A stretch of DNA of 64,000 nt from an uncultured Acidobacteriota bacterium (GTDB taxonomy: Bacteria > Acidobacteriota > Vicinamibacteria > Fen-336): NCBI GenBank assembly GCA_963724555.1, contig CAVRVE010000028.1:145026-209025 (forward strand), read 5' to 3'. The notes beneath the pieces were generated by a model that worked only from the letters and a program-made list of their open reading frames with translations, searched no databases and had not been told where the DNA came from. Positions 1-8,950 of this stretch are shown one piece after another. The position numbers and the translations under genes are program-made. Numbering within the stretch: the first letter of the stretch is position 1; each line of letters opens with the position of its first letter.

Positions 1-1001
1 ACGGTGGCCGAGCCGAGTGCCTGGACCGCGGACAGCTTGCGGATGATCACGCGCCGCCTGGCCATCCGCTCCGTGCCGAGCGAGAGCACGATCGTCGTGA
101 TCGCGGTCAGGCCTTCCGGCACGGCCGCGACGGCCAGGGCGATCGCGAGCAAGAGGACGGACACGAGAGCCGGCAGGGTGTGCACCTGCTGGACCAGCAC
201 GATGGCCACGGCCACGACGATGGCGATGGCGACGACGATGCGCCCGAGGAGCCGACCCACCTGCTCCAGCTCACGCTGAAGAGGGGTCTCTTCCGCCGTC
301 GTGCGGCGGAGCAGCCCGGCCACGGCGCCGATCTCGGTCGCAGCCCCGGTCGCCGTCACCACCGCTCGGCCGCGACCGTAGCTCACCATGGTCCCGCTCA
401 AGACCATGTTGGTGCGATCGCCGAGCCCGGCCTCCATCGGGATCGGCGCCACGTCCTTCGTGACCGGCGTGCTCTCGCCGGTCAGCGCCGCTTCCACGGT
501 CTGCAATGCAACGGCCTCGAAGAGGCGCGCGTCCGCCGACACCGTCCCGCCCTCCTCGATCAGCAGGATGTCGCCGGGGACGAGCTCTGCGGCCGGCACG
601 CTGCGGCGCTCGCCGTCACGTAGCACTTCCGCGTGGGCCGCCGAGAGCTGCCGCAGCGACTGCAGGGCCTGCTCGGCGCGGCCCTCCTGTACGAACCCGA
701 GCGCGGCGTTCAGCAGCAGCACCGCGAGGATGGTCAGGGCCTCGTAGGGCAGCGGACTCTCCCGCTCGATCGCCCAGACGAGCAGGGACACCGCCGTGGC
801 CACGAGCAGCAGCAAGGTGAGCGGCCCGCGGAACTGGGCCAACAGCCGCTTCCAGGCGGGAACGGGCGCCTCCGCCGCCAGCTCGTTCGGGCCATGGCGC
901 GCACGCCGCGCCTCGACCTCGGCCTGCGTGAGGCCGCGGCGCGGGTCCACGGCGACCGCCGACAACACGTCGGCGACAGCGGACCGATATGGCGCTTCCA
1001 C
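1..1001 (-). CDS. cation-transporting P-type ATPase, N-terminal ~330 aa (gene continues beyond window start)
   Basis: Not in the ORF track (GTG start, runs off the window). My reverse-strand translation from GTG at 999-1001 reads VEAPYRSAVADVLSAVAVDPRRGLTQAEVEARRARHGPNELAAE...PGDILLIEEGGTVSADARL...ALTGESTPVTKD...AVAAVPEGLTAITTIVLSLGTERMARRRVIIRKLSAVQALGSAT. This contains the TGES actuator motif and the PEGL motif, and stops just before the expected DKTGT. Confidence 0.85.
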   Translation of the reverse strand, partial: MEAPYRSAVADVLSAVAVDPRRGLTQAEVEARRARHGPNELAAEAPVPAWKRLLAQFRGPLTLLLLVATAVSLLVWAIERESPLPYEALTILAVLLLNAALGFVQEGRAEQALQSLRQLSAAHAEVLRDGERRSVPAAELVPGDILLIEEGGTVSADARLFEAVALQTVEAALTGESTPVTKDVAPIPMEAGLGDRTNMVLSGTMVSYGRGRAVVTATGAATEIGAVAGLLRRTTAEETPLQRELEQVGRLLGRIVVAIAIVVAVAIVLVQQVHTLPALVSVLLLAIALAVAAVPEGLTAITTIVLSLGTERMARRRVIIRKLSAVQALGSAT

Positions 1002-1154
1002 CGCCGCCGATCCTATCAAGCAGCCCTCTTCGTCCGAATGCTGCTGTGCCTCGTCTCGTTCCGCCCGGTGTCGGGCACGCTACGGCAACGGCTCCGACCT
1101 GCGCGAGAGCTACGAGGAGACGCTCGAGGTGACCGGCAGCGGCGTGCCAGCAGC

Positions 1155-1616
1155 CTACGGCTTTGCGGTCGTCGGCTGGAGTGACCAGAGGTAGTGGGTC
1201 ACGTTGCGGATCGCCTCCTGCGGTGTCGCGGCGCCCGTCCCCTCGGTCCGCTTGAAGGCGTCGCCCCAGGCCGGCATGTCGGCCGAGCCGTGCCCGCGCA
1301 GCACCTCGCCGCTCCGGATGATCCGCTCCACCCGCGCCGCCGGGAAGCGCCCGCCGTTGCGCGCCGCGAGCGTCGTCATGTCCGGCACCGGGACGCGGAG
1401 GTCCGGGGCGAGCGGCCCGTCGCCTCGGGCGGCCGGCCCGTGGCAGGAGACGCAGTAGCGCAGGTAGACGATCGACCCCTTCGCCGCGGCGGCGGGGTCG
1501 AGCTTCGCCGGGGCTGGGGCCGGAGCCTGCGCCTGGGCGCTCGCGACCGCTCGAGGACAGAGCAGCGCCGCGACCGCCACGAGCAGGCTCGGCGCCAATG
1601 CCTTCGTATGACGCAT
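1155..1616 (-). CDS. class I c-type cytochrome (secreted)
   Basis: ORF 1155..1730 trimmed to the ATG at 1614-1616. It has signal peptide MRHTKALAPSLLVAVAALLCPRAVASAQA, one CXXCH heme motif (YCVSCHG) and a distal Met region (GSADMPAWG). Confidence 0.8.
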   Translation of the reverse strand: MRHTKALAPSLLVAVAALLCPRAVASAQAQAPAPAPAKLDPAAAAKGSIVYLRYCVSCHGPAARGDGPLAPDLRVPVPDMTTLAARNGGRFPAARVERIIRSGEVLRGHGSADMPAWGDAFKRTEGTGAATPQEAIRNVTHYLWSLQPTTAKP

Positions 1617-1618
1617 GC

Positions 1619-2562
1619 TCACCCTCCGATCTCGATCGGCCGATGAAACGCCGGCGCGATCGAGTCTACGGCAGCGAGTCGATAGACGATGCCGACGAAG
1701 ACGTCGGGCTTGACGAAGCCCTTCCCCCACTTGGCGTCGAACTCGGCCGACGGCTTGGCGGCGACGGCGGCTTCCTTCGTCTTGCCTTCCGCCTTCAGCT
1801 TGGCGACGCGGTCGCGGATCGCCTTGACCGTGTCCCGGTACGCCTGCAGGTCGGCCTTCGACCCGACCGGTCCGTGGCCGGGGATGATGCGGGTCTTGTC
1901 GGAGACGCCCGCGAGCACGCGGTCAGCCGCCGCGACGACGCCGTCCACCTTGCCGCCGCTCGAGGTGTCGATGAACGGGTAGCTGCCGTTGAAGAAGCAG
2001 TCGCCCATGTGGACCACGTCGGCCTTCACGAACTGGACGACCGTGTCGCCGTCGGTGTGGGCAGGCGCCACGTGATAGGCGCGCACTTCGTCGCCGTTCC
2101 AGTAGAAGCTGACGCCTTCGGCGAAGGTCACGACCGGCAGCGCCGCCTCGGGCGAGGCCGGAACCTTTTGGTTGAAGAGGGCGATGAACTGCTCGCTGCC
2201 CATCCGCTTGCGCACGTTCTCGTGGGCGACCAGGAAGGCGCCCGGTCTTGGCCATGTTCTCGTTGCCGCCCGTGTGGTCGCCGTGCCAGTGGGTGTTGAC
2301 GACGAAGCGCACGGGGTCCGGCGAGAGGGTCTTGATCATCGCCAGGATCTTGTCGCTGAGCGGCGCGTACTGGTCGTCGATCACCAGGCTGCCGCTCTTG
2401 CCGATCGAGAGGCCGATGTTGCCGCCCGGGCCGGTCAGCACGTAGATCGCCCTCGGCCACCTTCTCGGCCTTCACCTCGACCTTCGAGAAGTCCTGCTCC
2501 TGGGCCAGGAGCGGTGCGGCCAGCGCGAGCGCCAGGGCGGGAGCCAGGAAACGAACCCTCAT
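1619..2562 (-). CDS. MBL-fold metallo-hydrolase, secreted; two apparent frame breaks
   Basis: Track fragments 2128..2562, 1923..2441 and 1619..2215 join into one protein. It has signal peptide MRVRFLAPALALALAAPLLAQ, then LTGPGGNIGLSIGKSGSLVIDDQ, the HWHGDHTGG (HxHxDH) zinc motif, TDGDTVV and IIPGHGPV. Frame changes lie near 2445 and 2240. Confidence 0.75.
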
Positions 2563-2857
2563 GCGTGCCTCCTACAGTTCTTTCCGGAGAGGCCGGCATG
2601 CTACCACGCGTCTCGAGTCGCGCCCGGCGAGCGGAGGGAGAGGAACTTGGTCTGTGGACTGTACATAAATAGCCCGAAAATCGTATAGCGCTGTCGCGGT
2701 GTGACAGGACCCGAGCGGCCCTCAGGCCAAAGCCTCGCGCACGGCTGACCTTGCGTCCGTTCAACGGTCTGGGCATGCTTGCGGTCCAAGCCGTGCAGGC
2801 GTTACTTTCGTCTGTTCGAGCCGTCCCCAGGAACCGCCGTCTGACCCCAGGTGACCC

Positions 2858-4270
2858 GTGGCAGTACCCCAGACCCTCGGTCCCCGCGTCGCCCAGCACC
2901 TCCTGAACCGGGCCGGCTACGGCCCGCGGCCGGGCCAGATCGCGGCGGTGCTCGACCAGGGCCTCACGGAGTGGATCGAGGACCAGCTCGCCCCCGGCGC
3001 CGACCCCGAGCTCGACACGCGCCTCAACGCGTTCCCGACGCTCGCCTACTCGACCTCGCAGGTGCTCGGGCTCTACAACGCCGACAACCGCACGATCGGC
3101 GTGATCCTGGACGAGTTCTCGTCCGCGAAGGTCGTGCGCGCGGCCCACGCGCGGAACCAGCTCCAGGAAGTGCTGGTCGACTTCTGGTTCAACCACTTCA
3201 ACGTCTTCGTCCAGGACGGCTTCGACCGCTACTCGATCTCGTCGTACGAGCGCGACGCGGTGCGCCCGCACGTGCTGGGCCGCTTCCGCGAGCTGCTGGG
3301 CGCGGTGACGCTGCACCCGGCGATGCTCTACTACCTCGACAACTACCTGAACACGGTGCCGCGCACGCAGGGCGGGCGCGCGGTCGGCGGAATCAACGAG
3401 AACCACGGCCGCGAGCTGCTGGAGCTGCACACGGTCGGCGTCGACGCCGGCTACACGCAGGCCGACGTGATCGACGCCTCGCGCTGCCTGACCGGCCACG
3501 GCATCGACAACGTCGGGGCGAGCGGCAACTACCAGTACCGCCCGGGAAACCACGACGACGGCGCCAAGCAGGTGTTCGGGCTCTCGGTCGCGAGCGGGGG
3601 CGGCCAGGGCGACGCCCAGCGGCTGCTCGACCACCTCGCCGCGCACCCCGCCACGGCCCAGTTCATCTCGCGCAAGCTCGCGGAGCGCTTCGTCGCCGAC
3701 GATCCGCCCGAGGCGCTCGTCGCCCGCCTCGCGGACGTCTTCCTGCGGACGAGCGGGGACCTGCGCGAGGTGATGAAGGCGCTCTTCGGCAGCGCCGAGT
3801 TCTGGGCCGAGGCGTTCACGAGCGGCAAGCCCAAGACCGGCTTCGAGTACGTGGTGAGCACGCTGCGCGCCGCGGGGGCCGAGCTCTCGAACACGCGCAT
3901 GGCGCGCACCGCGATCTCGGACGCCGGCATGCCGCTCTACGCCTGCAACCCGCCCACGGGCTACAGCAACCGCGGCAGCGACTGGCTCAACCCGTCGGCG
4001 CAGCTCTACCGCATGAACTTCGCGCTCGACCTCGCCGCGGGCATGGTGGCGGGCGCGCAGGTCGACATCCGCGGGCTGATCAAGAGCGGCGGCGGCGATC
4101 CCGACAGCGCCGCCTCGGCGGCCGAGGCGATCAACCGCGTCGTGTTCGGGCGGACCCTCGGGGCCGCCTCGCTGGGCGCGGCCGGGCGCGTCGCCTCCTC
4201 CGGCACCGTCTCGGTGCCCGTGCGGGTGGCGGGCCTGCTGCTCGCGAGCCCCGAGATGCAGGTGAGGTAG
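2858..4270 (+). CDS. DUF1800 domain-containing protein
   Basis: 470-aa ORF with N-terminus VAQHLLNRAGYGPRPGQI and ENHGRELLELHTVGVDAGYTQADV, typical of DUF1800. It is immediately followed by its usual DUF1501 partner. Confidence 0.85.
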   Translation: MAVPQTLGPRVAQHLLNRAGYGPRPGQIAAVLDQGLTEWIEDQLAPGADPELDTRLNAFPTLAYSTSQVLGLYNADNRTIGVILDEFSSAKVVRAAHARNQLQEVLVDFWFNHFNVFVQDGFDRYSISSYERDAVRPHVLGRFRELLGAVTLHPAMLYYLDNYLNTVPRTQGGRAVGGINENHGRELLELHTVGVDAGYTQADVIDASRCLTGHGIDNVGASGNYQYRPGNHDDGAKQVFGLSVASGGGQGDAQRLLDHLAAHPATAQFISRKLAERFVADDPPEALVARLADVFLRTSGDLREVMKALFGSAEFWAEAFTSGKPKTGFEYVVSTLRAAGAELSNTRMARTAISDAGMPLYACNPPTGYSNRGSDWLNPSAQLYRMNFALDLAAGMVAGAQVDIRGLIKSGGGDPDSAASAAEAINRVVFGRTLGAASLGAAGRVASSGTVSVPVRVAGLLLASPEMQVR

Positions 4271-4274
4271 CGCG

Positions 4275-5489
4275 ATGCCCTTCGACGCCTCACGTCGCGT
4301 CTTCCTGCGCGGGGCCGGGCTCGCCGCGGTGGGCGTCGGCATGGCGCCGTCGTCGCTGCTCGTGCGCACGGCGCTCGCGGCCTCCGGCGGGCCGAAGGTG
4401 CTCGTCAAGATCTTCCTGCGCGGCGGCACCGACGGGCTCAACCTGTGCGTGCCCTACGGCGACTCGGACTACTACAACCTGCGCCAGGGCATCGCCATCC
4501 CGCGCCCGGGCCAGGGTGGCGGCGCCGTCAACCTCGACGGCTACTTCGGCATGCACCCGGAGCTCGCGCCGCTCGAGCCGCTCTTCCGCGACGGCCGCCT
4601 CGCCTTCATCCACGCGGTCGGCAACCCGGCCGTGAGCCGCTCGCACTTCGACGCCCAGGACTTCCAGGAGTCCGGGACGCCGGGCAACAAGCAGACGCCC
4701 ACCGGCTGGCTCGACCGCGCGATCGCCGACATCCCCGGGCGCGAGGTGACGCAGGCGGTCTCCTTCTCGTCGCAGCTCGTGCGCTCGTTCCTCGGCCCCG
4801 AGCCGGTGCTCGTGGCCCAGTCGCTCTCCTCCTTCGACCTGCGCGCGCGCAACTGGCGCGCCGAGGCCGAGACGCTGCTCACCGCGATGTACCAGGCCGA
4901 CCCGACGCAGGTCGGGACCAACGGGCTCGAGACCTTCGAGGCGATCAACACGCTCTTGCGCGCGCCGACGCCTCCGCCCGCGAACGGCGCTAACTATCCG
5001 GCGGGCACCGCCGGCAACGCGCTGCGGCAGGCCGCTGGCCTGATCAAGAACGGCGTCGGCACGCGCTGCGTCTACGTCAACATCGGCGGCGGCTTCGACA
5101 CCCACTCGAACCAGCTGCAGAACAACGTCAACGACTACCGGCCGCTCGGCCTGGCGCTCGCCGCCTTCGCGAGCGACCTCGGCGGCCTGCTCGACGACGT
5201 GGTGGTGCTCGTGACCACCGAGTTCGGGCGCACGGCGCGCGTCAACGGAGCCGCGGGCACCGACCACGGCACGGGCTACGCGATGCTCGCGCTCGGCGGG
5301 CGCGTGCGGGGGGGCCGCGTGCTGGGCCGCTGGCCGGGCCTCGGCAACAGCCAGCTCTTCGAGAACCGCGACCTCGCCGCCACCACCGACTTCCGCGACG
5401 TGTTCCAGGAGGTCGCGCGCGCGCAGTTCGGGATCTCCGCATCGCTCTTCCCCGGCTACACGCCGGGGGCGGGAGTCGGCGTCGTCTGA
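4275..5489 (+). CDS. DUF1501 domain-containing protein (Tat-exported, sulfatase-like fold)
   Basis: Twin-arginine signal SRRVFLRGAGLAAVGVG, plus GGFDTHSNQ and VTTEFGRTARVNGAAGTDHG motifs. Forms the canonical pair with the upstream DUF1800 gene. Confidence 0.85.
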   Translation: MPFDASRRVFLRGAGLAAVGVGMAPSSLLVRTALAASGGPKVLVKIFLRGGTDGLNLCVPYGDSDYYNLRQGIAIPRPGQGGGAVNLDGYFGMHPELAPLEPLFRDGRLAFIHAVGNPAVSRSHFDAQDFQESGTPGNKQTPTGWLDRAIADIPGREVTQAVSFSSQLVRSFLGPEPVLVAQSLSSFDLRARNWRAEAETLLTAMYQADPTQVGTNGLETFEAINTLLRAPTPPPANGANYPAGTAGNALRQAAGLIKNGVGTRCVYVNIGGGFDTHSNQLQNNVNDYRPLGLALAAFASDLGGLLDDVVVLVTTEFGRTARVNGAAGTDHGTGYAMLALGGRVRGGRVLGRWPGLGNSQLFENRDLAATTDFRDVFQEVARAQFGISASLFPGYTPGAGVGVV

Positions 5490-5517
5490 GCTCCGCTCCG
5501 AACGAAAGGATCCTCGC

Positions 5518-6069
5518 GTGATTCGCCAGCACCTGAAGGCAAAGGTCCTGCTCGCGCTCGCCTCGCTGCTGCTCGCGGCCCGCCCGCTCGCCGCCGGCGA
5601 GCCGCTCGGCACGGACCTCTTCGGCGGCTACTCGTACCTGAAGCTCGACGACTCGAGCCGCCACGGCGCGAGCCTCGCCGTGGGTTTCCGCGCGTTCGGG
5701 CCGGTCGCCGGATTCGTGGACGTGAGCACGCACTGGGGCAGCGAAGAGGGCACGAGCCTCAACGACCTCACGCTGATGGCCGGGCCCGGCGTGCGCCTCG
5801 GCACGCGCGGGGGGACGCTCTTCTTCGTGCGGGCGCTCGCTGGGCTCGTGCGCGACAAGGCCACGATCGGTGTCCTCGACGTGGACATCTCGGAGACCGA
5901 CAGCCGCTTCGGCGTGCTCGCGGGCGGCGGAGTGGACTTCCGCGTGTCGAAGGCACTCGCCGGCCGCGTCCAGGCCGACTATCTATGGAACGACGTAGCC
6001 GACGGCGGCAGCTCCAGCGGGTTCCGCGTCAGCGCCGGTATCGTCTACCGCTTCGGGACTGCGCCTTGA
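5518..6069 (+). CDS. small outer-membrane beta-barrel protein (OmpW/OmpA-barrel-like)
   Basis: Signal peptide VLLALASLLLAARPLAA, alternating hydrophobic beta-strand pattern (GVLAGGGVDFRV, RVQADYLW, FRVSAGIVYRF) and an aromatic residue near the C-terminus. Confidence 0.7.
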   Translation: MIRQHLKAKVLLALASLLLAARPLAAGEPLGTDLFGGYSYLKLDDSSRHGASLAVGFRAFGPVAGFVDVSTHWGSEEGTSLNDLTLMAGPGVRLGTRGGTLFFVRALAGLVRDKATIGVLDVDISETDSRFGVLAGGGVDFRVSKALAGRVQADYLWNDVADGGSSSGFRVSAGIVYRFGTAP

Positions 6070-6503
6070 AAACGACGCGGCGCGTCTTCGTGGTGGCGAC
6101 CGGAGCGACCGTCGCCTCGACGCTGACCGGGTGCGGTGGCGGCTCGCCGACCTCGCCCACCGCCCCGCCCACGCCCCCGACGATCAGCGGCGAGATCCGC
6201 GTGCCGCTCATGAGCGTCGGCGAGACGGTGCCGGCCTTCGCCAACCTGGTGGGCGGCCTGCAGACGCCGATCGCCGTGACCCGCGTCTCCCAGACGGAGG
6301 TGATCGCGGTCTCGCGCGTGTGCACGCACGAGGGCTGCACGATCGAGCTCCCGCGCTCGTCGGGCGCGACGTTCGACTGCCCGTGCCACGGCTCGCGCTT
6401 CCGGATCAACGGCCAGGTCGTGAACGGCCCCGCGAGCCGCCCGCTGTTCCAGTTCCCGGCGCGGATCGACGGCACGCAGGTCGTGATCACGCCGTCCTTC
6501 TAG
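6066..6503 (+). CDS. Rieske (2Fe-2S) domain protein, probable Tat lipoprotein
   Basis: Rieske motifs CTHEGC ... CPCHGSRF. ORF 5985..6503 trimmed to the TTG at 6066, which overlaps the previous stop. N-terminus KTTRRVFVVATGATVASTLTGCGG combines an RR motif with a lipobox-like Cys. Confidence 0.8.
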   Translation: MKTTRRVFVVATGATVASTLTGCGGGSPTSPTAPPTPPTISGEIRVPLMSVGETVPAFANLVGGLQTPIAVTRVSQTEVIAVSRVCTHEGCTIELPRSSGATFDCPCHGSRFRINGQVVNGPASRPLFQFPARIDGTQVVITPSF

Positions 6504-6586
6504 AGCTTCGAGACCTCCTCGAAGAACTTCGCGAAGGCGGCTCCGCGCTTCTTCGCATCTTGCCACGGTGGCGGGCGGCCCGGAGT

Positions 6587-7981
6587 ATGCTCCGCGGCAT
6601 GCTCGAGACCACGCGCTCGCTCTCACGTGTCCTCGCCGGCGCCACGCTGCTGCTCGCGCTCGCCGTGTCCGCGCCGGCGGCCCCGCAGGCGGTGGCGCCG
6701 GCCCAGGACCCGTTCGCGATTCCCGCAACGGACGACGGGCTCCCCGGCGCCGGCCCGATCCGGCGCTACGACTGGTTCCAGAAGCTCTGGCGCGAGCGCC
6801 GCGCGCAGTGGGCCAGGGAGCGCGAGCAGGACAAGGGCGCCGTCGTCTTCCTCGGCGACTCGATCACGCAGGGCTGGGGCGGCGGGCTGGGCGCGGCGTT
6901 CCCCGGCGTGAAGGTCGCCAATCGCGGCATCAGCGGCGACACCACGCGCGGCGTGCTGATCCGGCTGCAGGAGGACGTGCTGGCGCTCGATCCCGCGGCC
7001 GTCGTCCTGCTCATCGGCACGAACGACCTCGACGAGGCCGCGACGCCGGAGGTGATCGCGGGCAACCTCAAGCTGATCCTCGAAGCACTCGAGAAGCACG
7101 ACCCGAAGCTCGAGGTCGTGCTCTGCCTCGTGTTCCCGAGCTCGGCCACCAAGAATCGCCCGGCCGACAAGATCAAGGCGGTGAACGCGCTCTACCTGGC
7201 GGCGGTCAAGAACGACCCGCGCGTGATCCCGATCGAGACCTGGGCGCTCTTCGCCGACGCGAGCGGCGACGCGACGCTCGCGGAGTTCCCCGACCTGCTG
7301 CACCCGAACGAGGTCGGCTACGCCAGGTGGGCGGCGGCGCTGCGCCCGGTGCTCGCCACGCTCGGGTTCAGCGAGACGAGCGCCGATCCGTTCAGGCCCG
7401 AGGACGGCTTCGAGAGCCTCTTCAACGGCAAGGACCTCACGGGCTGGGGCTATCGCCCCACGTCGGAGGCCGACAAGGCGAGCGCCGCGCGCTGGCAGGC
7501 CGCGGACAAGAACGCGCCGCCCTGGCCGATCATCAGCGAGCCGGTGCGCTTCGACGGGCAGCGCCAGAGCCCGGACGGGCGCTTCGCGGTGATCGGCGGC
7601 CGGCTCGTGGTCACGACGCCGCCCGAGTACCGCAAGATCCAGCAGCTCTGGACGACGCGCGAGTTCCCCGAGGACTTCGTGCTCAAGCTCGAGTTCCGCG
7701 CGACGCCGAACGCGGACAGCGGCGTCTACCTGCGCGGGCCGCAGCTGCAGTGCCGCGACTACGCGCTCGCGGGGCCCTACAAGAACCTCAAGGGCTACAA
7801 GCCGCAGGACTGGAACGAGCTCGTCGTCACCGTGCGCGGCGGCGTCGCGCGCGCCACCTGCAACGGCGAGCTGATCGAGGGCGAGATGAAGCTGCCCGAA
7901 ACCGGCCCGATCGGCGTCGAGGGCGACCGCGGGCAGATGGAGTATCGGCGCATCCGCATCCAGCGGCTGCCTCGCAATTGA
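6587..7981 (+). CDS. SGNH/GDSL hydrolase fused to a DUF1080 (3-keto-disaccharide hydrolase-like) domain
   Basis: ORF 6131..7981 trimmed to the ATG at 6587 (MLRGMLETTRSLSRVLAGATLLLALAVSAPAA signal). GDSL block FLGDSITQGWG, then GISGDT and GTNDL. C-terminal half has FESLFNGKDLTGWGY ... SGVYLRG ... GPIGVEGDRGQMEYRRIRI, typical of DUF1080. Confidence 0.8.
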   Translation: MLRGMLETTRSLSRVLAGATLLLALAVSAPAAPQAVAPAQDPFAIPATDDGLPGAGPIRRYDWFQKLWRERRAQWAREREQDKGAVVFLGDSITQGWGGGLGAAFPGVKVANRGISGDTTRGVLIRLQEDVLALDPAAVVLLIGTNDLDEAATPEVIAGNLKLILEALEKHDPKLEVVLCLVFPSSATKNRPADKIKAVNALYLAAVKNDPRVIPIETWALFADASGDATLAEFPDLLHPNEVGYARWAAALRPVLATLGFSETSADPFRPEDGFESLFNGKDLTGWGYRPTSEADKASAARWQAADKNAPPWPIISEPVRFDGQRQSPDGRFAVIGGRLVVTTPPEYRKIQQLWTTREFPEDFVLKLEFRATPNADSGVYLRGPQLQCRDYALAGPYKNLKGYKPQDWNELVVTVRGGVARATCNGELIEGEMKLPETGPIGVEGDRGQMEYRRIRIQRLPRN

Positions 7982-8013
7982 CAGCCCGCGCTGGCCGGGA
8001 CTAGCGTGTCGCC

Positions 8014-8943
8014 ATGACCACGAGCCTGATCCTCGCCGCAGCTCTCGCCGTGCAGACTCCCGCCGCCGCGCCCGCGGCCAGCCCCTACGCGGGCAGCTGG
8101 AACCTCCGCATCACCGATGCCAGCGACACGTTCGTGAGCGGCGGCTTCCAGATCGCCGACAAGGCAGGCGCACTCTCCGCCGGCCTGGTGTGGCGCTGGG
8201 GCAGCTACCTGCCCGCGAAGTCGGTCGAGGTGAAGGACGGCGTCCTGCGCCTGACGCGCGAGGAGAACCCGGGCAAGATCGACAGCTTCGAGGCCAAGCT
8301 CGAGGGAGAGACGCTCAAGGGCCAGGTCACCTATCCCGACGGCAAGGTCCACCACTTCGAGGGCAAGCGGGCGCCGCTGCTGCTCGACCGCAAGGCGCCG
8401 GCCTGGGGCGAGCCCGTCATGCTCTTCGACGGCAAGACGCTCACCGGCTGGAAGCTTCGCGACCCCCAGAAGAAGAACGGCTGGGCCGCGCAGAACGGCG
8501 AGCTCGTGGTGGTCGAGCCGAAGGACAACGCCGACCTTCTGACCGAGCAGACGTTCCAGGACCTGAAGCTGCACGTCGAGTTCAACGTGGACGCCAAGAG
8601 CAACAGCGGCGTCTACCTGCGCGGCCGCTACGAGATCCAGATCCTCGACAACCCCGACGCGAAGATGGCGGCCGACTCCCACGGCTGCGGCGCTCTCTAC
8701 AGCCGCGTGGCGCCGAAGCTCGACGCGACAAAGCCGGCCGGCGAGTGGCAGACCTACGACATCACGTTCGTCGGCCGCCAGCTCCAGGTCGTGCTGAACG
8801 GCAAGGAGGTCCTGAGCACCGTCGTCGAGGGCATCACCGGCGGCGCGCTCGATCCCTTCGAGGGCGGGCCGGGGCCGCTCATGCTGCAGGGCGACCACGG
8901 GAAGGTGAAGTTCCGGAACATCGTCGTGACGCCCGGACGCTAG
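8014..8943 (+). CDS. DUF1080 domain-containing secreted protein
   Basis: Signal peptide MTTSLILAAALAVQTPAAA. Also MLFDGKTLTGWKLRD ... NSGVYLRGRYEIQILD ... GPLMLQGDHGKVKFRNIVVTP. Confidence 0.8.
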   Translation: MTTSLILAAALAVQTPAAAPAASPYAGSWNLRITDASDTFVSGGFQIADKAGALSAGLVWRWGSYLPAKSVEVKDGVLRLTREENPGKIDSFEAKLEGETLKGQVTYPDGKVHHFEGKRAPLLLDRKAPAWGEPVMLFDGKTLTGWKLRDPQKKNGWAAQNGELVVVEPKDNADLLTEQTFQDLKLHVEFNVDAKSNSGVYLRGRYEIQILDNPDAKMAADSHGCGALYSRVAPKLDATKPAGEWQTYDITFVGRQLQVVLNGKEVLSTVVEGITGGALDPFEGGPGPLMLQGDHGKVKFRNIVVTPGR

Positions 8944-8950
8944 CGGGAGC

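Noticed and set aside
4-1194. Several plus-strand ORFs of 90-180 aa at the window start
   Set aside because: All are antisense or off-frame to the P-type ATPase coding sequence, which is not in the track because it uses GTG and runs off the window. Their translations are Arg/Pro/Ala-rich.
2691-2707. CTGT-N9-ACAG inverted repeat in the divergent promoter region (possible LexA box)
   Set aside because: The spacing is one base longer than the CTGT-N8-ACAG SOS box, the flanks lack the TA-rich core, and there is no SOS gene context.
2601-2789. 62-aa ORF in the MBL/DUF1800 divergent intergenic region
   Set aside because: It has no RBS or recognisable domain and lies in the AT-richer promoter region. 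It is probably non-coding.
2435-4441. 668-aa ORF antisense to the DUF1800 gene
   Set aside because: Arg/Ala/Gly/Pro-rich low-complexity translation with no recognisable motif. It is a typical shadow ORF of a GC-rich gene whose opposite strand carries a clearly conserved protein.
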